A DNA stretch of 64,000 bases from Macrostomum hystrix (GCA_950097015.1 CATNEN010000009.1:1550001-1614000); one strand, 5' to 3'. Positions 49,521 through 60,709 are shown, numbered from the stretch's first letter. Program-made: numbers and translations. Notes: generated from the sequence alone by a model not told the origin.

Positions 49521-51878
49521 ATGGATCTTGAAAAGCTGCGATCTGCAGTCAGAGTGCTCCAAACAGTCTTTGCCACTGTACTACAGGAGTCTCATGCCTA
49601 CAAGCCCCGAGACTTCAAGGAAGGCCTTCAGATGTTGCGAGATTACGCTGTTGATGCTTCCCAGAAGGAGCTTCGAAGGGCTCTGGACAGAGCAGACGAT
49701 GTTGCAAGCAGAATTTGTCAGCAAGAGTTCGACGCCTGCCGTTGCGAGCACGACATGGAGTGTCTGCTGAAGCTGGCATCCTTGATGGGACTCCATGAGT
49801 TCAGAGCGATAGCCAGTGAGCTCACTGGAACTGCAGCTGCCAGCGAAGGATGGGAGAAGCTGAAGGCCGAGGGAAACGAGCATTACAAAAGTGGAAGGTG
49901 GGCGGAGGCCATGGACTGCTACACGAAGGCGATCCGAGTCAATGCGAAAGTGCCAGTTCTGTACTCCAACCGAGCCCTGTGTGAGATGCAACTGGCCAAG
50001 TTCGATTTGGCTCGCGAGGACGCCGAAGACGCCATCGATCTGGACCCGAAGCAGGTGAAATTCTACCGCATCTTGTCTGATGCGCTCTTCAGGCTCGAGC
50101 TGTTCCAGGAAGCTCTGAGTGCTTGCGAAGACGGTCTGAAGCTCGATCCGAGTGACGAGATTCTGGTGTCAAGTGCACGCGACTGCGAGGCTGCTAAAAC
50201 GACCAGGGCGAGTGTTGCGGATATGAGAAATCTAGACCTTTCGTCTGGCGATGTTAACGAGGAACTAATGGACGCATGGAAGGCAGCAGAGCATCTGAGA
50301 GCTGCTGCAGATCAGGGTCATCCAGGCGCCCTGATGTCACTGCAGCAGCTGCTGCGGTCTGGCGCGCATGGCGCAAACGCGATGGATGAATCGAAGAAGA
50401 TCGTGAAAGAGATGGCCGACCTGAATGAAAAAGAGGCATTGTTTCTTATCGGGATGAACTACCTGGTCGGGGAAGGCGGATTCAAGAAAGATTTCACGCA
50501 GGCTGAGAAGTACCTACGAAAGGCGGCCGATTTAGATCATATTCAAGCCGCGCATGAGCTAGCGAACATTCTTCTTCAACAGGAAAAACATGTCGAAGGT
50601 GTGCGTTATCTTCGGAAAGCTGCCCAGAGCGGCTACAGAAAATCTCAGAGGGCTCTCGGCTTTCTACTGGCTGTGGGCCATTGCTGCGAACGAGATGAAA
50701 CCCAGGCTCGCGCTTGGTTGCTCCGCTCCAGGCTGAGCAAGTCTTTTGTCGAAAATGTTATCCTGCAATCAGCCTGCTTAGTCCAGTTTGAAGCTGTCAA
50801 CGGCCTGTCGCACTCTGGACAAACGTATTCTGAACGCTTTGAACGACTCGCCGCATCAAAGTTTCCTAATGGACCCAAGAAAGAGACGCTTGAAGCAATG
50901 TTCCGACTCTTCAAGGAAACGCAGGAGAAACCACCTCACCCAGCGTGCGGTCCGGTGAGCGACATGGGGAAAAAGATGTTCCGAATGGCGCTGAGAGCTG
51001 CTCAAGGATCTAGAACGGCGCAACAGTTCTTAGTTGCCTTGGACATTCTTAAACAAGCCAGTTTGGCACTGGAGGCCACCGACGCATCGGAGGCCTTTCG
51101 TTTGTACCGACTGGCGGATAGAATACTGCAGCCTCTCCCTCTGGATTTCGCGTTCATGCGCAAACTGGCTGCTGCCGCAAAAGAAGTATTTGAGAAGAAT
51201 CCTAGAGATGCGGATGCATTGTTTGTAATAGTGCACTTTAGCATTGCTACCAAAAGCTGCAGTTTGCCTGAGATGCTTCGCATGGCTCTGAACTGCGCCA
51301 TCTTGAATCCAGATGTTGCCGAATTCCAATTCCTGCTTGGCAACTTGTACGGATTCAACAACGAATTTGCTCTCGCTTTGAAGTCCATTGAGCGAGCTCT
51401 AAAGCTAGAATTTGAGCCTCAGTGGCTTTACAGTCGAGCATCTGCCCTGCGTCACCAGAGCCTGAGTTCTGGTGGAAAAGAATCGCTAGTTGTCATCAAG
51501 GCCTTTCAAGAATACATTTCCGCAAATGAGCCAGACCACCGGCATGTACCAGAGGCTTTGTACTGCATCGCCGAGGAGTACATGGGCATGAAAGATTTTG
51601 CTAGCGCGCGCGAGTACTTTGACAAAGGTCTTCAAGCCGAGAGCCCCCACGTGAGGCTCCCATTCTACGAACCGCTGGACAATTTTCCATCGAAGGTTCT
51701 GCTTAAAATAGCGCTCGGTCGCGTTGCGGCAGCTTCCCAGTCCGGTCAAGGCCGTTGTGCGAACTGTGACAAGTCCGGAGCTTCAAGCCGGTGCAGCAAG
51801 TGCAAGAAAGCCTTCTATTGTAATCGTGATTGCCAGCTGAATCACTGGAAAGTGCACAAGAAGCAATGCGCTGTCTAG
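49521..51878 (+). CDS. Paralog 3: degenerate HEPN-like + TPR + shortened SEL1 array + TPR + zf-MYND (about 785 aa; ORF open from 49422)
   Basis: Colinear with paralog 1 except for an internal in-frame loss. ATG 49521 (MDLEKLRSAVRVLQ) aligns with the paralog N-termini and follows an AG acceptor at 49506-07. The MYND tail is near-identical to paralog 1. Confidence 0.9.
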   Translation: MDLEKLRSAVRVLQTVFATVLQESHAYKPRDFKEGLQMLRDYAVDASQKELRRALDRADDVASRICQQEFDACRCEHDMECLLKLASLMGLHEFRAIASELTGTAAASEGWEKLKAEGNEHYKSGRWAEAMDCYTKAIRVNAKVPVLYSNRALCEMQLAKFDLAREDAEDAIDLDPKQVKFYRILSDALFRLELFQEALSACEDGLKLDPSDEILVSSARDCEAAKTTRASVADMRNLDLSSGDVNEELMDAWKAAEHLRAAADQGHPGALMSLQQLLRSGAHGANAMDESKKIVKEMADLNEKEALFLIGMNYLVGEGGFKKDFTQAEKYLRKAADLDHIQAAHELANILLQQEKHVEGVRYLRKAAQSGYRKSQRALGFLLAVGHCCERDETQARAWLLRSRLSKSFVENVILQSACLVQFEAVNGLSHSGQTYSERFERLAASKFPNGPKKETLEAMFRLFKETQEKPPHPACGPVSDMGKKMFRMALRAAQGSRTAQQFLVALDILKQASLALEATDASEAFRLYRLADRILQPLPLDFAFMRKLAAAAKEVFEKNPRDADALFVIVHFSIATKSCSLPEMLRMALNCAILNPDVAEFQFLLGNLYGFNNEFALALKSIERALKLEFEPQWLYSRASALRHQSLSSGGKESLVVIKAFQEYISANEPDHRHVPEALYCIAEEYMGMKDFASAREYFDKGLQAESPHVRLPFYEPLDNFPSKVLLKIALGRVAAASQSGQGRCANCDKSGASSRCSKCKKAFYCNRDCQLNHWKVHKKQCAV

Positions 51879-54489
51879 CTGTGTGGCTTTGGATAGTAGC
51901 TGAAACGGTAACCTGACTTTGTTTAAACTTTTTTCTTCGTAGCTTTTTTATTGCTTTTGTTATGGAATTTTCAGCGATCGATTATTTAGTTTAATTTGTA
52001 GGGCAAATGTTATTTTTAATTCGTTTTATAGCAGCCACTATAAATTTTTAAGGCTTCTCAGTCTTCCACTACTTGATTGCTCCTACCTGTCATCTTTGAC
52101 TGGCATTCACCTGTACTTCTCTGTGCTCTGCTTTTGTTAACTTTTAATGTCTTCAAAGCTCACTATTCATATCGATATTTAATGATTATAGAAGACTCGG
52201 ATACACTGAAAATTAAAAAAATTGCGAGCGGAAGTTTTTTGCTGCGAGACTCATGCTGCAGTCTTTAAAAACCTTCATCTTTTACCATTGCGACTGACTT
52301 TTTGAAGTCATTGTTGGATCCCTTCTTTGTATTTGCTTTTTGCCAATAAGGAACAATTTCAAGATGTAAAACTTGTTCCAGTTTACATTCTAACGCTGAT
52401 TAAAAGCTATTATTTTTAGAGAATTCGGTTCTATGAACTATGAGTAGATAAAAAAGCCACTGCCCTGAGGCCCATAGTTAGAATGCTTGATTATACTCGT
52501 AGTCTGAGTTTGAGTTTTCTTATATTTGATCGTAACTCGCAAAAGCACAATAGCTTTTCTCCTTTCGGGAGCGAAGTGATTTCGGTCACAGTTTTAATTT
52601 TCTCTCCAAATTTCAATACTTCATTTTTTGTTTTAATGCCTTTGTTTTCAAATTTCCAATATTTTATTCACGTAAAATTAATCTTACGAACACTATTGTT
52701 TTTCTATCGCCTTTTTAAAAAATCGAATTGTTCAGCCTTGTTACCAACTTCTAATAAACAAAAAAATCTGCACCCAATCGGCGTGCGCACTTCAATACCA
52801 ATATTAATAACAGTTTATCGTTTGTAGTGATCAAAGCTGTGACCCTCTGATGCTGACACACTATACCTGTCGAGCGGTAATAGCAAGGCGAACTCTTGTT
52901 TTATGAGATAGCTCAGCTAAGAAAGACACTCTGGCCCTTTATATTGTTTTCAACATCACTGACGGCAACGTAACTCCCAAATCTTTATGTAAATGGAGCG
53001 CAATCAACCAGAGCAATGTGCCGCATGTGACGCAACGAACAAAAAGTACATTAGTTCAGCAGACAGATACGCACAGTACAGCAGAGATAGTTAAGGATCA
53101 TGAGCCGGTATCCAGGTAATTTTCCAGGTAAAACCATTCTTGAAATTTCAAATCTGAGCTCAAAGCTCAAATTCAAAGCTGAGCTCTTTGTCATTAGTTT
53201 CGTTCGTCTTGCGGTGCCCCTTGAAAGTCTTATTTTTACTTCTTTGAGTGATGCCAACAATTTGCCCGATTTCTCGAGCCCAGTACAAGTTGTAAAATGT
53301 TTTTTTTCAAAACATTGCTTTTATTGATCGTGTACTTATATAGCATAGTGACTTAGGCAATTATACGAGTACTTATACTGAGAAAATTTCTAAATTGAAT
53401 GCACTTCAATTAATTGCATCAAAGTCGAACCACTGTGGCAGCCGAGTGGCTTACACGTGGAGGTCCTATAGCTAGGACAGAGTTGATAACGACAAACAAT
53501 AAAGCGAGACCTGGGGCTATAGGTGGAACGCAAGAATGCGGGAGTTTAACCTTGCGCTAGCAAACATTTTTGTCAACTTCTCTCTTCTACTGAGAGATGC
53601 CATGCAGTTTTACCAGTGGGCGCCGCGTACAATAAATCACAGTTAAAATAAGTGGTCTCGGCTCTCCTAATTGCTTTCAGTGCATTTTGTCGTTAAGTTT
53701 TCTTTGTTATTAAAATCTGGATTCAAACAGGCTTCTGCAGAGACACCTTTTAATTAGACTTTTAGCTATGAACTAGCAATTTAGCCCCCTCCGGGTGGCC
53801 CAAACATGATCCCCAATTTAGATAAAAAGCAGGCCAAAACCCTGATACGGAAATTCCCCCATCTGGCAACCAATGCTCTCATTGAGCAGAGTTTGCGCCC
53901 TTTAGCAGAAAAACAATCCTAGTGACCTGCAGGTGAGCTGGCAAAAGCTATCAGGTCAGATATAGGATAGGCCCGGCGCCATTCATTTAGACCGAACATT
54001 TTTGGCTTTTGTCTTTGAAATGCGCAAGTGACAATGCGATAAAATGAGACTAAGCGACAGCAAAGCTCTCCCACAAGAGGCTGGGCAAAGGCCAACGAAA
54101 AAGTTTTTTATTCAACTGAAAAACATTTCTAGCCAAATATTGCACGAAGTGAATGAATGAATTAAAGAAAGCCGAGCTGCATTGAACGAGAGAGAAAATA
54201 GACAACAGCAGCGCATCTGCACTGCAGGGGTCGCCGCTCGTTTGTCGAAAAGCTTTGTTCAACTTTGTCCACTAGCAAAGCCAGTGGAGTAGGTGGAGAG
54301 AGACCGAGAGACAGCCACTCTTTCTTGGAAACGAGAGCGGGGTTCTGCAGCGCCAGAAGCAGCTTGCCGTCCACGCCCTGCCCTCCCCGCCTCCGCAGGG
54401 CCCTCTTCTCGAGTTCATAAACAGCCCACGGGGCGGCCGACTTGCTGCACCCGGCACAAAGACCGCAGCCCAGCCGAGGTTCGAGCAGA

Positions 54490-55278
54490 ATGGGAAACGA
54501 GCAGAGCAGCTACTCGGGCGCGGGAGATACGCGTGCCCAACCCAGACCGATTCTCCGGCACTCGGTGTCCGCGGACACTGGCCTCACGCAGCAGCAGCGG
54601 CGAAGTGTCGGCTTCCGCGATGCCACCGAGGATGCCATCCGCGGCGGTGGTTACAGAGGCGGAGCTCGCGAAGCTCCCCAGTTGACGAAATCGGGAGCGT
54701 CGGGGCGTCCAAGGAAGGATCGCGCTGCACCACCGCCTCCTCCGACTGATCATCAGCATCAGCATCAGCAGCAGCATCAGCATCAGCAGCAGCATCAGCA
54801 GCAGCTTCAGTCGGCTCCTCGACTGCCGAAGATGGACGAGAGCACACAGGAGGCCATCAGGACGCGGGCTCGAGACATCGCGAGCAGCCGGCCAGGCTCC
54901 GAGATTGATCAGCGCCTGATGAATGACCCGCGGCGTCGAATCGACATGACGAACTTCAAGGTGGAGCTGGCCGAGGCTGCCGCTCGCGTTCGGGAGCGCC
55001 AGAATGCCCTGGCCAAAGGCGGCGACTCGGGAGATATCGATAGACCGCGACCGGTCCGCGCCCGTCCCAATACGGTCGCCTTTGCCTCTCGAGCGCCAAA
55101 ACTCTTCGATCCGAGCCGCGAAGAGCTGCCGTCACCATTTGACCAAGCACCGGAACCAAAGAAGAACACACCGCCTCCGCCACCTCCGACACCACCGCCC
55201 CCACCGCCACAGCAGTCTCAGCAGAAACAGCCACCATCGCCGCGAATGCCGGATCCAAATAAAAAACAGCATCAACAT

Positions 55279-55348
<70 letters not shown>

Positions 55349-56279
55349 TTCAGCAGCAGCAACAGCAGCCACCACAGACACGTCCAAAGCCATCTTCGGC
55401 GGCCTTGAAGGAGGAGTTGAAACAGGAAATCCTGCGCGAGCTTCTGGAAACGGTATCTAACGACGCTGCAGCAAACGCAGCTGCAGCCGCACCGAATTCG
55501 CCGACGTCCGAAATTCAGCCTCTTAGTCGCGAAGATCGACTGCGTCTGGTTGAGGAAATTCGGCGCGAAGTCCTGCTCGACGCTCACAGCAGGCAGCAGC
55601 ACCAGCAGCAGCAGCCAGTTTACAATCGTCATTACAAAGATTCTGGGGCAGCCGCAGCAGCTGCGCATCGTCACATTGAAGAGCAGTCAGCTGCTGCCGC
55701 TGCGGCTGCTGCAGCTGCTTACAATTACGGCTATCCGCCCCAGCAGCCGTTCCAGCACTTTCCGCCAATGATGGGAATGCAGCGAGCTGCATCTGACTAC
55801 GACATGTACTTTGGGAGTCAGGTTCAACAGCCCTACCTGCAGCACCAGATGCCGCCGCCGCCGTATCACGCTGGCTACGCCCCTTACCCGCCCCCGCAGC
55901 AGCCGGTATTCTCCCAGCACCCGCCAATGGCGATGATGCAGCGATACGGATTCGCCTCACCGCCACGCCCATATCAGGTGAATCTCTTTGTAGTCTACCT
56001 AACACATACTGACCCATTCTGCAATACTGACACCGCGAGATCTCACTGTACGAGATTTGTCCAATTGCGTCGACCCCATTGAAAGAATTTAGCCGTCAGA
56101 TGTATCCCAAAATAACAGCCTGTACACCGTGTTAACCCACAATCTTTGCCAGTCGCAGTGGGAGCCGATCTATGCCTACAACGATGACAGGAGGCCGCGA
56201 CGTGGCAATGACGTCGAAACTGAGCCAGTCTACGACGATCAATATCAGCAGCCGCACCGGCATCAGCCCCAGTACCGGC

Positions 56280-56323
<44 letters not shown>

Positions 56324-56938
56324 ATCAGCGGCAGCGGCGGACCAAAGCGACGATTCATCGCGGACAGCTGGAAGCGAATGACCAGCAGTCTGAGCCGAGC
56401 CTTCAGCTCCGGCGGTGACGGAGTTCACCGTCGCTCCTCGGTGCGCGAGTCGACATTCCAGCAGCCCGGCGTCTCCAGCGAGGAGGCCTTTGACTTCACC
56501 GGGCGCACTGGCAGCCTGTACGATCTGTCAGGCGCAGAGATGCCCCGCGATTCTGGCAGCGGCAGCGGGCGTGGCAAGCCAAGCCAACGACGACGCGGCA
56601 GTACAGGTCATGGGGTCGGCGATGACAGGGACGCTAGGGATGCGGACATCTGGCGTCACGTTGCCCGGGCCAGCCACGAAGGCCTTCACACTAGAAACCC
56701 CGCCTTTTTGGATGGCAGCGATGCCGATGGCAGCCATGATGAACGCCGCTACGTGACAACGACGGAGACGACGGCCGAGGAGTCGGTGGCGGAGGAGCGG
56801 CGCACCGTGGTCACGCTGCAGCAGCGGACGCGCCGCACTCAGGCAGCTGGCGGAGATGCAGCCGCCGCAGGAGGCTACAGAATACCGAGGTCTGCCGCCG
56901 GCCTCGGGCCCGTCTTCAGGGATCAGACGCGGCTTTGA
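54490..56938 (+). CDS. Disordered Pro/Gln-rich putative membrane-anchored signalling scaffold, 2 exons, about 757 aa
   Basis: Exon 1 54490-55977 (donor cag|gtgaat) and exon 2 56153-56938 (acceptor tttgccag|) join in phase 0 as ..PYQ|SQWEPIYAY... It starts MGNEQSS and contains polyP, polyQ (CAG tracts) and ends DQTRL*. No family recognised. Confidence 0.7.
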
Positions 56939-57710
56939 TCGCTTGCTGGCGAAGCTGAGATTTGGCTACCTGCAGAACAGCACCAGCTGCTTAACTCCCA
57001 GTAATTCTCGGATCCCTACTGACTTGTCTGTAATTTCATCGGATTTATAAATATTTATCAAAAGCTCACAGAATTTTTCTATTTTGGCCCCTGTCTGGCA
57101 CACCGGCGTCACTCTCTATTGTAAAGAATGTGCGAATGCAAATTAGAAATTTTTATAGATTCTCATTTTCCTCATGGCCTGAAGGAGTCCCAGCTCGGAG
57201 AAAACTGTTTCTGACGCTGCATTCATTGGCTGTATGCAGTGCTCAAATAAATTGCACTATCCTTCTGCTGCACACGTCGTTGAGTTGTTGAGCTTCTCCT
57301 ACTTAAAGTACAGGGCTCAGAATCTTGTAGATCATTGACAATCGCTAGCAAGGCTCTCCATTTATGGCAGCTTGTGCAGCCAGACTACCTGCTCAACGTG
57401 AAGCCTCTTCACTGTGCTTACTTTCTTGTCTTGCTTTCACGCTGAAAACGGTGTGCGGGTGGGCGGGTGGTCATTGTCAAATAGATTGGCCCTAAGAAAC
57501 CAACGCTAATTATTTTCAATGAACTCAAATGAGTTACTTCCTCCTCTTAGAAGTTCGCGAGGCCCATAGATACAATTGCAAAATGCAAATTTATTTAGCT
57601 TTTGAAATCGGCTGAGCAACAAGGCAATTCATTTTCGAGGCTTTCTTCCACAGACAAGTCGCCTGCTCACTACTGCCAATTGGATGTGAAGCCACAGCAC
57701 TTGCATAGAA

Positions 57711-59045
57711 ATGCAAGCCATCAGCTCAATGCCTCGCATGCGGCCCAGAACTTGCCGGCGACGGAAATTTCATCCGTCCAGCAAGGCCGCCTCGCAGCCG
57801 CCGCGGAAGTCGCTGCATTACCGGGAGCCGGATCCTGACACCTGCACCCCGTCCGTCTGCTCGTTGCGCAAGAGCACAGCCAAGGGATCTGAGCCAGCCG
57901 ATGTCCTATTCCCCGTCTGGACAGTCGAACCCTTTCTTAGCGACTGCGATAGTTCCACCTGCAGCTCCGATGATGAGGCCGGCGACAGTCGGTTTTTTGG
58001 CGACGGATACACGAACTGCTCGCGAGTGACGAGCAGCTCGCTTGTGTCTGGCGACCAGGAGAACCAGCAGGATTTGCAGTGTCCGAAGCTGACTCCTCAG
58101 CAGCTCAAGGATGACAGAAACGTGGGCAACAAATTCGACAACGGCCAGCGACTGAGGCTCTGGAGTGATGGTCATCTTGACAGATATCAAAATGACAACC
58201 GACGCAATGAGCAGTTTCTCAGTGAGCTCAGCAAATGCGCCGGAGATAAGCTCACTGCACTCAGCAAGGAGCAGCGAGACGTCCACAACTCAGAGAATTT
58301 CGAAGGTTGTCAGAGCAACAGACAGGAGCCGCAGTCGAGAGACTCTCAGGCGACCAGCGCACAGCCAGCCCTCAGCGGCAACTGCGTGTCACGAGTGGCG
58401 CCTTGGGCTCCACTGAGCGGCTACGAAGCTGGCCGCGATGCGGGAGGACCTGCCGCATATTCATCGAACAGGTGCATGTCAGCCAGGCCGGCTCAGTGGC
58501 AGCCGGTGGCTCAGACTGCGCCACAGGCAGGACACCAACAACCGGAGCTTCAGTGTGGGCAGGCAGCGCGGATGAACCTGCAGCAGCAGCCTAACACGTG
58601 GTGCCAGCTGCAGGCAAATCCGATTGGCTGTCGGGCGCATGGCAGCTCTGCCGGCTGCTGCATGAGCAGAACGTTTGCGAACCAGTTCAACGGTGAATGC
58701 TGGACCAACTCGCACAACGCCTTGCCGCAGGTCATGGAGCTGGAGGCTCCGGCGAGCATTCGTAACGCATGGCGAGTCCTGCAGAGCCACGGCGAAATTG
58801 GGCCTCCGCGGGCCCATCATCAGCACACGATGCTCGACCCAGCATTTGGCTTCGGCTCCTGGAACTTAAGCCTCGGCACCGGTCTGGACTACTGGTCCGG
58901 CGATGGCGAAGACCGCTGCCGCGGACCGGTTGGCTTCGACGCTGATGGTGTGCTAGTGGGCAGGTTGGACTCGGCTGAAGTCTTAGTCGGCTGCGGGCAC
59001 TGGGGCCTCGAGATGCCTCCAGACAATGAGTATGACTTCATTTAG
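57711..59045 (+). CDS. Uncharacterised 444-aa ORF
   Basis: Long non-repetitive GC-rich ORF in an otherwise AT-rich context. No recognisable domain; the start is uncertain. Confidence 0.45.
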   Translation: MQAISSMPRMRPRTCRRRKFHPSSKAASQPPRKSLHYREPDPDTCTPSVCSLRKSTAKGSEPADVLFPVWTVEPFLSDCDSSTCSSDDEAGDSRFFGDGYTNCSRVTSSSLVSGDQENQQDLQCPKLTPQQLKDDRNVGNKFDNGQRLRLWSDGHLDRYQNDNRRNEQFLSELSKCAGDKLTALSKEQRDVHNSENFEGCQSNRQEPQSRDSQATSAQPALSGNCVSRVAPWAPLSGYEAGRDAGGPAAYSSNRCMSARPAQWQPVAQTAPQAGHQQPELQCGQAARMNLQQQPNTWCQLQANPIGCRAHGSSAGCCMSRTFANQFNGECWTNSHNALPQVMELEAPASIRNAWRVLQSHGEIGPPRAHHQHTMLDPAFGFGSWNLSLGTGLDYWSGDGEDRCRGPVGFDADGVLVGRLDSAEVLVGCGHWGLEMPPDNEYDFI

Positions 59046-59071
59046 TTTCCTGAGGCTCGGTGGATAGAGTA

Positions 59072-59101
59072 CCCTAACCCTAACCCTAACCCTAACCCTA
59101 A
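59072..59101. repeat. Interstitial telomeric repeat (CCCTAA)5
   Basis: Five perfect CCCTAA units (TTAGGG on minus). Confidence 0.9.
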
Positions 59102-59379
59102 CTACTGGAACACCGTTCCAATGCTTTGTACCTCATTAGCCTCATTAATTTCGTAATCTCTGACTTACTCGCGTTGCTTTGGACTTGCTTAGTAAAAGCA
59201 CTGTTTCAAAGCAGAGACCTACAAAGTCATATGTCACATGGAGTCATAAATGCACAAAACTGCCTAACCAGGTAACTATTTTTTAAGTAAAATCTTTGCC
59301 TCCGTCATGCATTTGTCTGACGGATTTTTCAGATTTTTTTGAGTCACTGGGCTTTGAGTAAATGGGTAGATGTGTTTAA

Positions 59380-60100
59380 TAAGTTAGTAGATAGGTAGGG
59401 AGGTTGTGGCTGTCCGGTAGATAGGCAGGTAAGGTATATTGCTTCTATTGGGTAGATAGGTAGGTAGATTGTAGCTGTTGCATGGGAGATATGTAGGTAG
59501 CAGGTATGTTGTGACTGTTGGGTAGATAGGTTGGTGGTTGGCTGTTGCTGTGGGATATAGATAGATAGGTAGGTTATAGGTAGGTAGTGGCTGTCGGGTA
59601 GTTACGCTCGTAAGTAGGTAGATATGTTGTGGCTGTTGGGTAGATAGGTCGGTAGATAGTTGTGGCTGTCGGGTAGATAGGTAGTTAGATATGTTGTGGC
59701 TGTCGGGTAGATAGGTAGGTAGATAAGTTGTGGCTGTTGGGTAGATAGTTAGGTAGATAATTTGTGGCTGTTGGGTAGATAGGTAGGTAGATAAGTTGTG
59801 GCTGTTGGGTAGATAGGTAGTTAGATAAGTTGTGGCTGTTGGGTAGATCGGTAGTTAGATATGTTGTGGCTGTCGGGTAGATAGGTAGGTAGATAAGTTG
59901 TGGCTGTTGGGTAGATAGGTAGGTAGATAATTTGTGGCTGTTGGGTAGATAGGTAGGTAGATAAGTTGTGGCTGTTGGGTAGATAGGTAGTTAGATATGT
60001 TGTGGCTGTCGGGTAGATAGGTAGGTAGATAAGTTGTGGCTGTTGGGTAGATCGGTAGGTAGATAAGTTGTGGCTGTTGGGTAGATATGTTGATAATTTT
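59380..60100. repeat. 34-bp minisatellite (gtagataggtaggtagataagttgtggctgttgg) with degenerate 5' edge
   Basis: Tandem copies, cleanest at 59620-60090. Confidence 0.92.
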
Positions 60101-60709
60101 ATTGGCTGAAAGTAGATTGTGCCAGTTGAATCACTAATCACACGCTCGGATTTGAGGAAGCCCGAAATCCATTATTCGTTTTGTATATTTTGCCTCATCC
60201 AAAAGTGATCAGAGGGAAATGAAATGTGATAAGAAAACACCCGCGAGCCCACTGGACTGTTTTAAGGTGATAAAGGCGCGTCAGTTACTGCCGCATGCAA
60301 ATGATTTTAGGAGAGCAAATGACTGCAAATGACTGTCAACGCGCGCGAACATTCGCTATGAATAGTGACGGATTAAGCGAGGGCCGTCATTTTAGCTGTT
60401 ACGTAATCACTCCGACCTGATCAATCCTGTCTATTGCGTCAGGACAGCATGGCTCAGGATAGCATGGGCCAGGATAGCAAGGGTCAGGATGGCATGGGTC
60501 AGGATTGCATGGGTAGGGATAACGGATCAGGATATGTGGGTCAGGATATTATGTGTTAGGATATTGTGGGTCAGGATAACATGTGTAATATCATTGTGCC
60601 CCGCATTTTAATCCACCACACAATTCGTCCCTTCACCGACGGAATAAATTTGGAATCAGTTAGTCGCGGGTCAGTCGCGGGTCAGTCGCGGGTCAGTCGC
60701 GCTGGCGCA

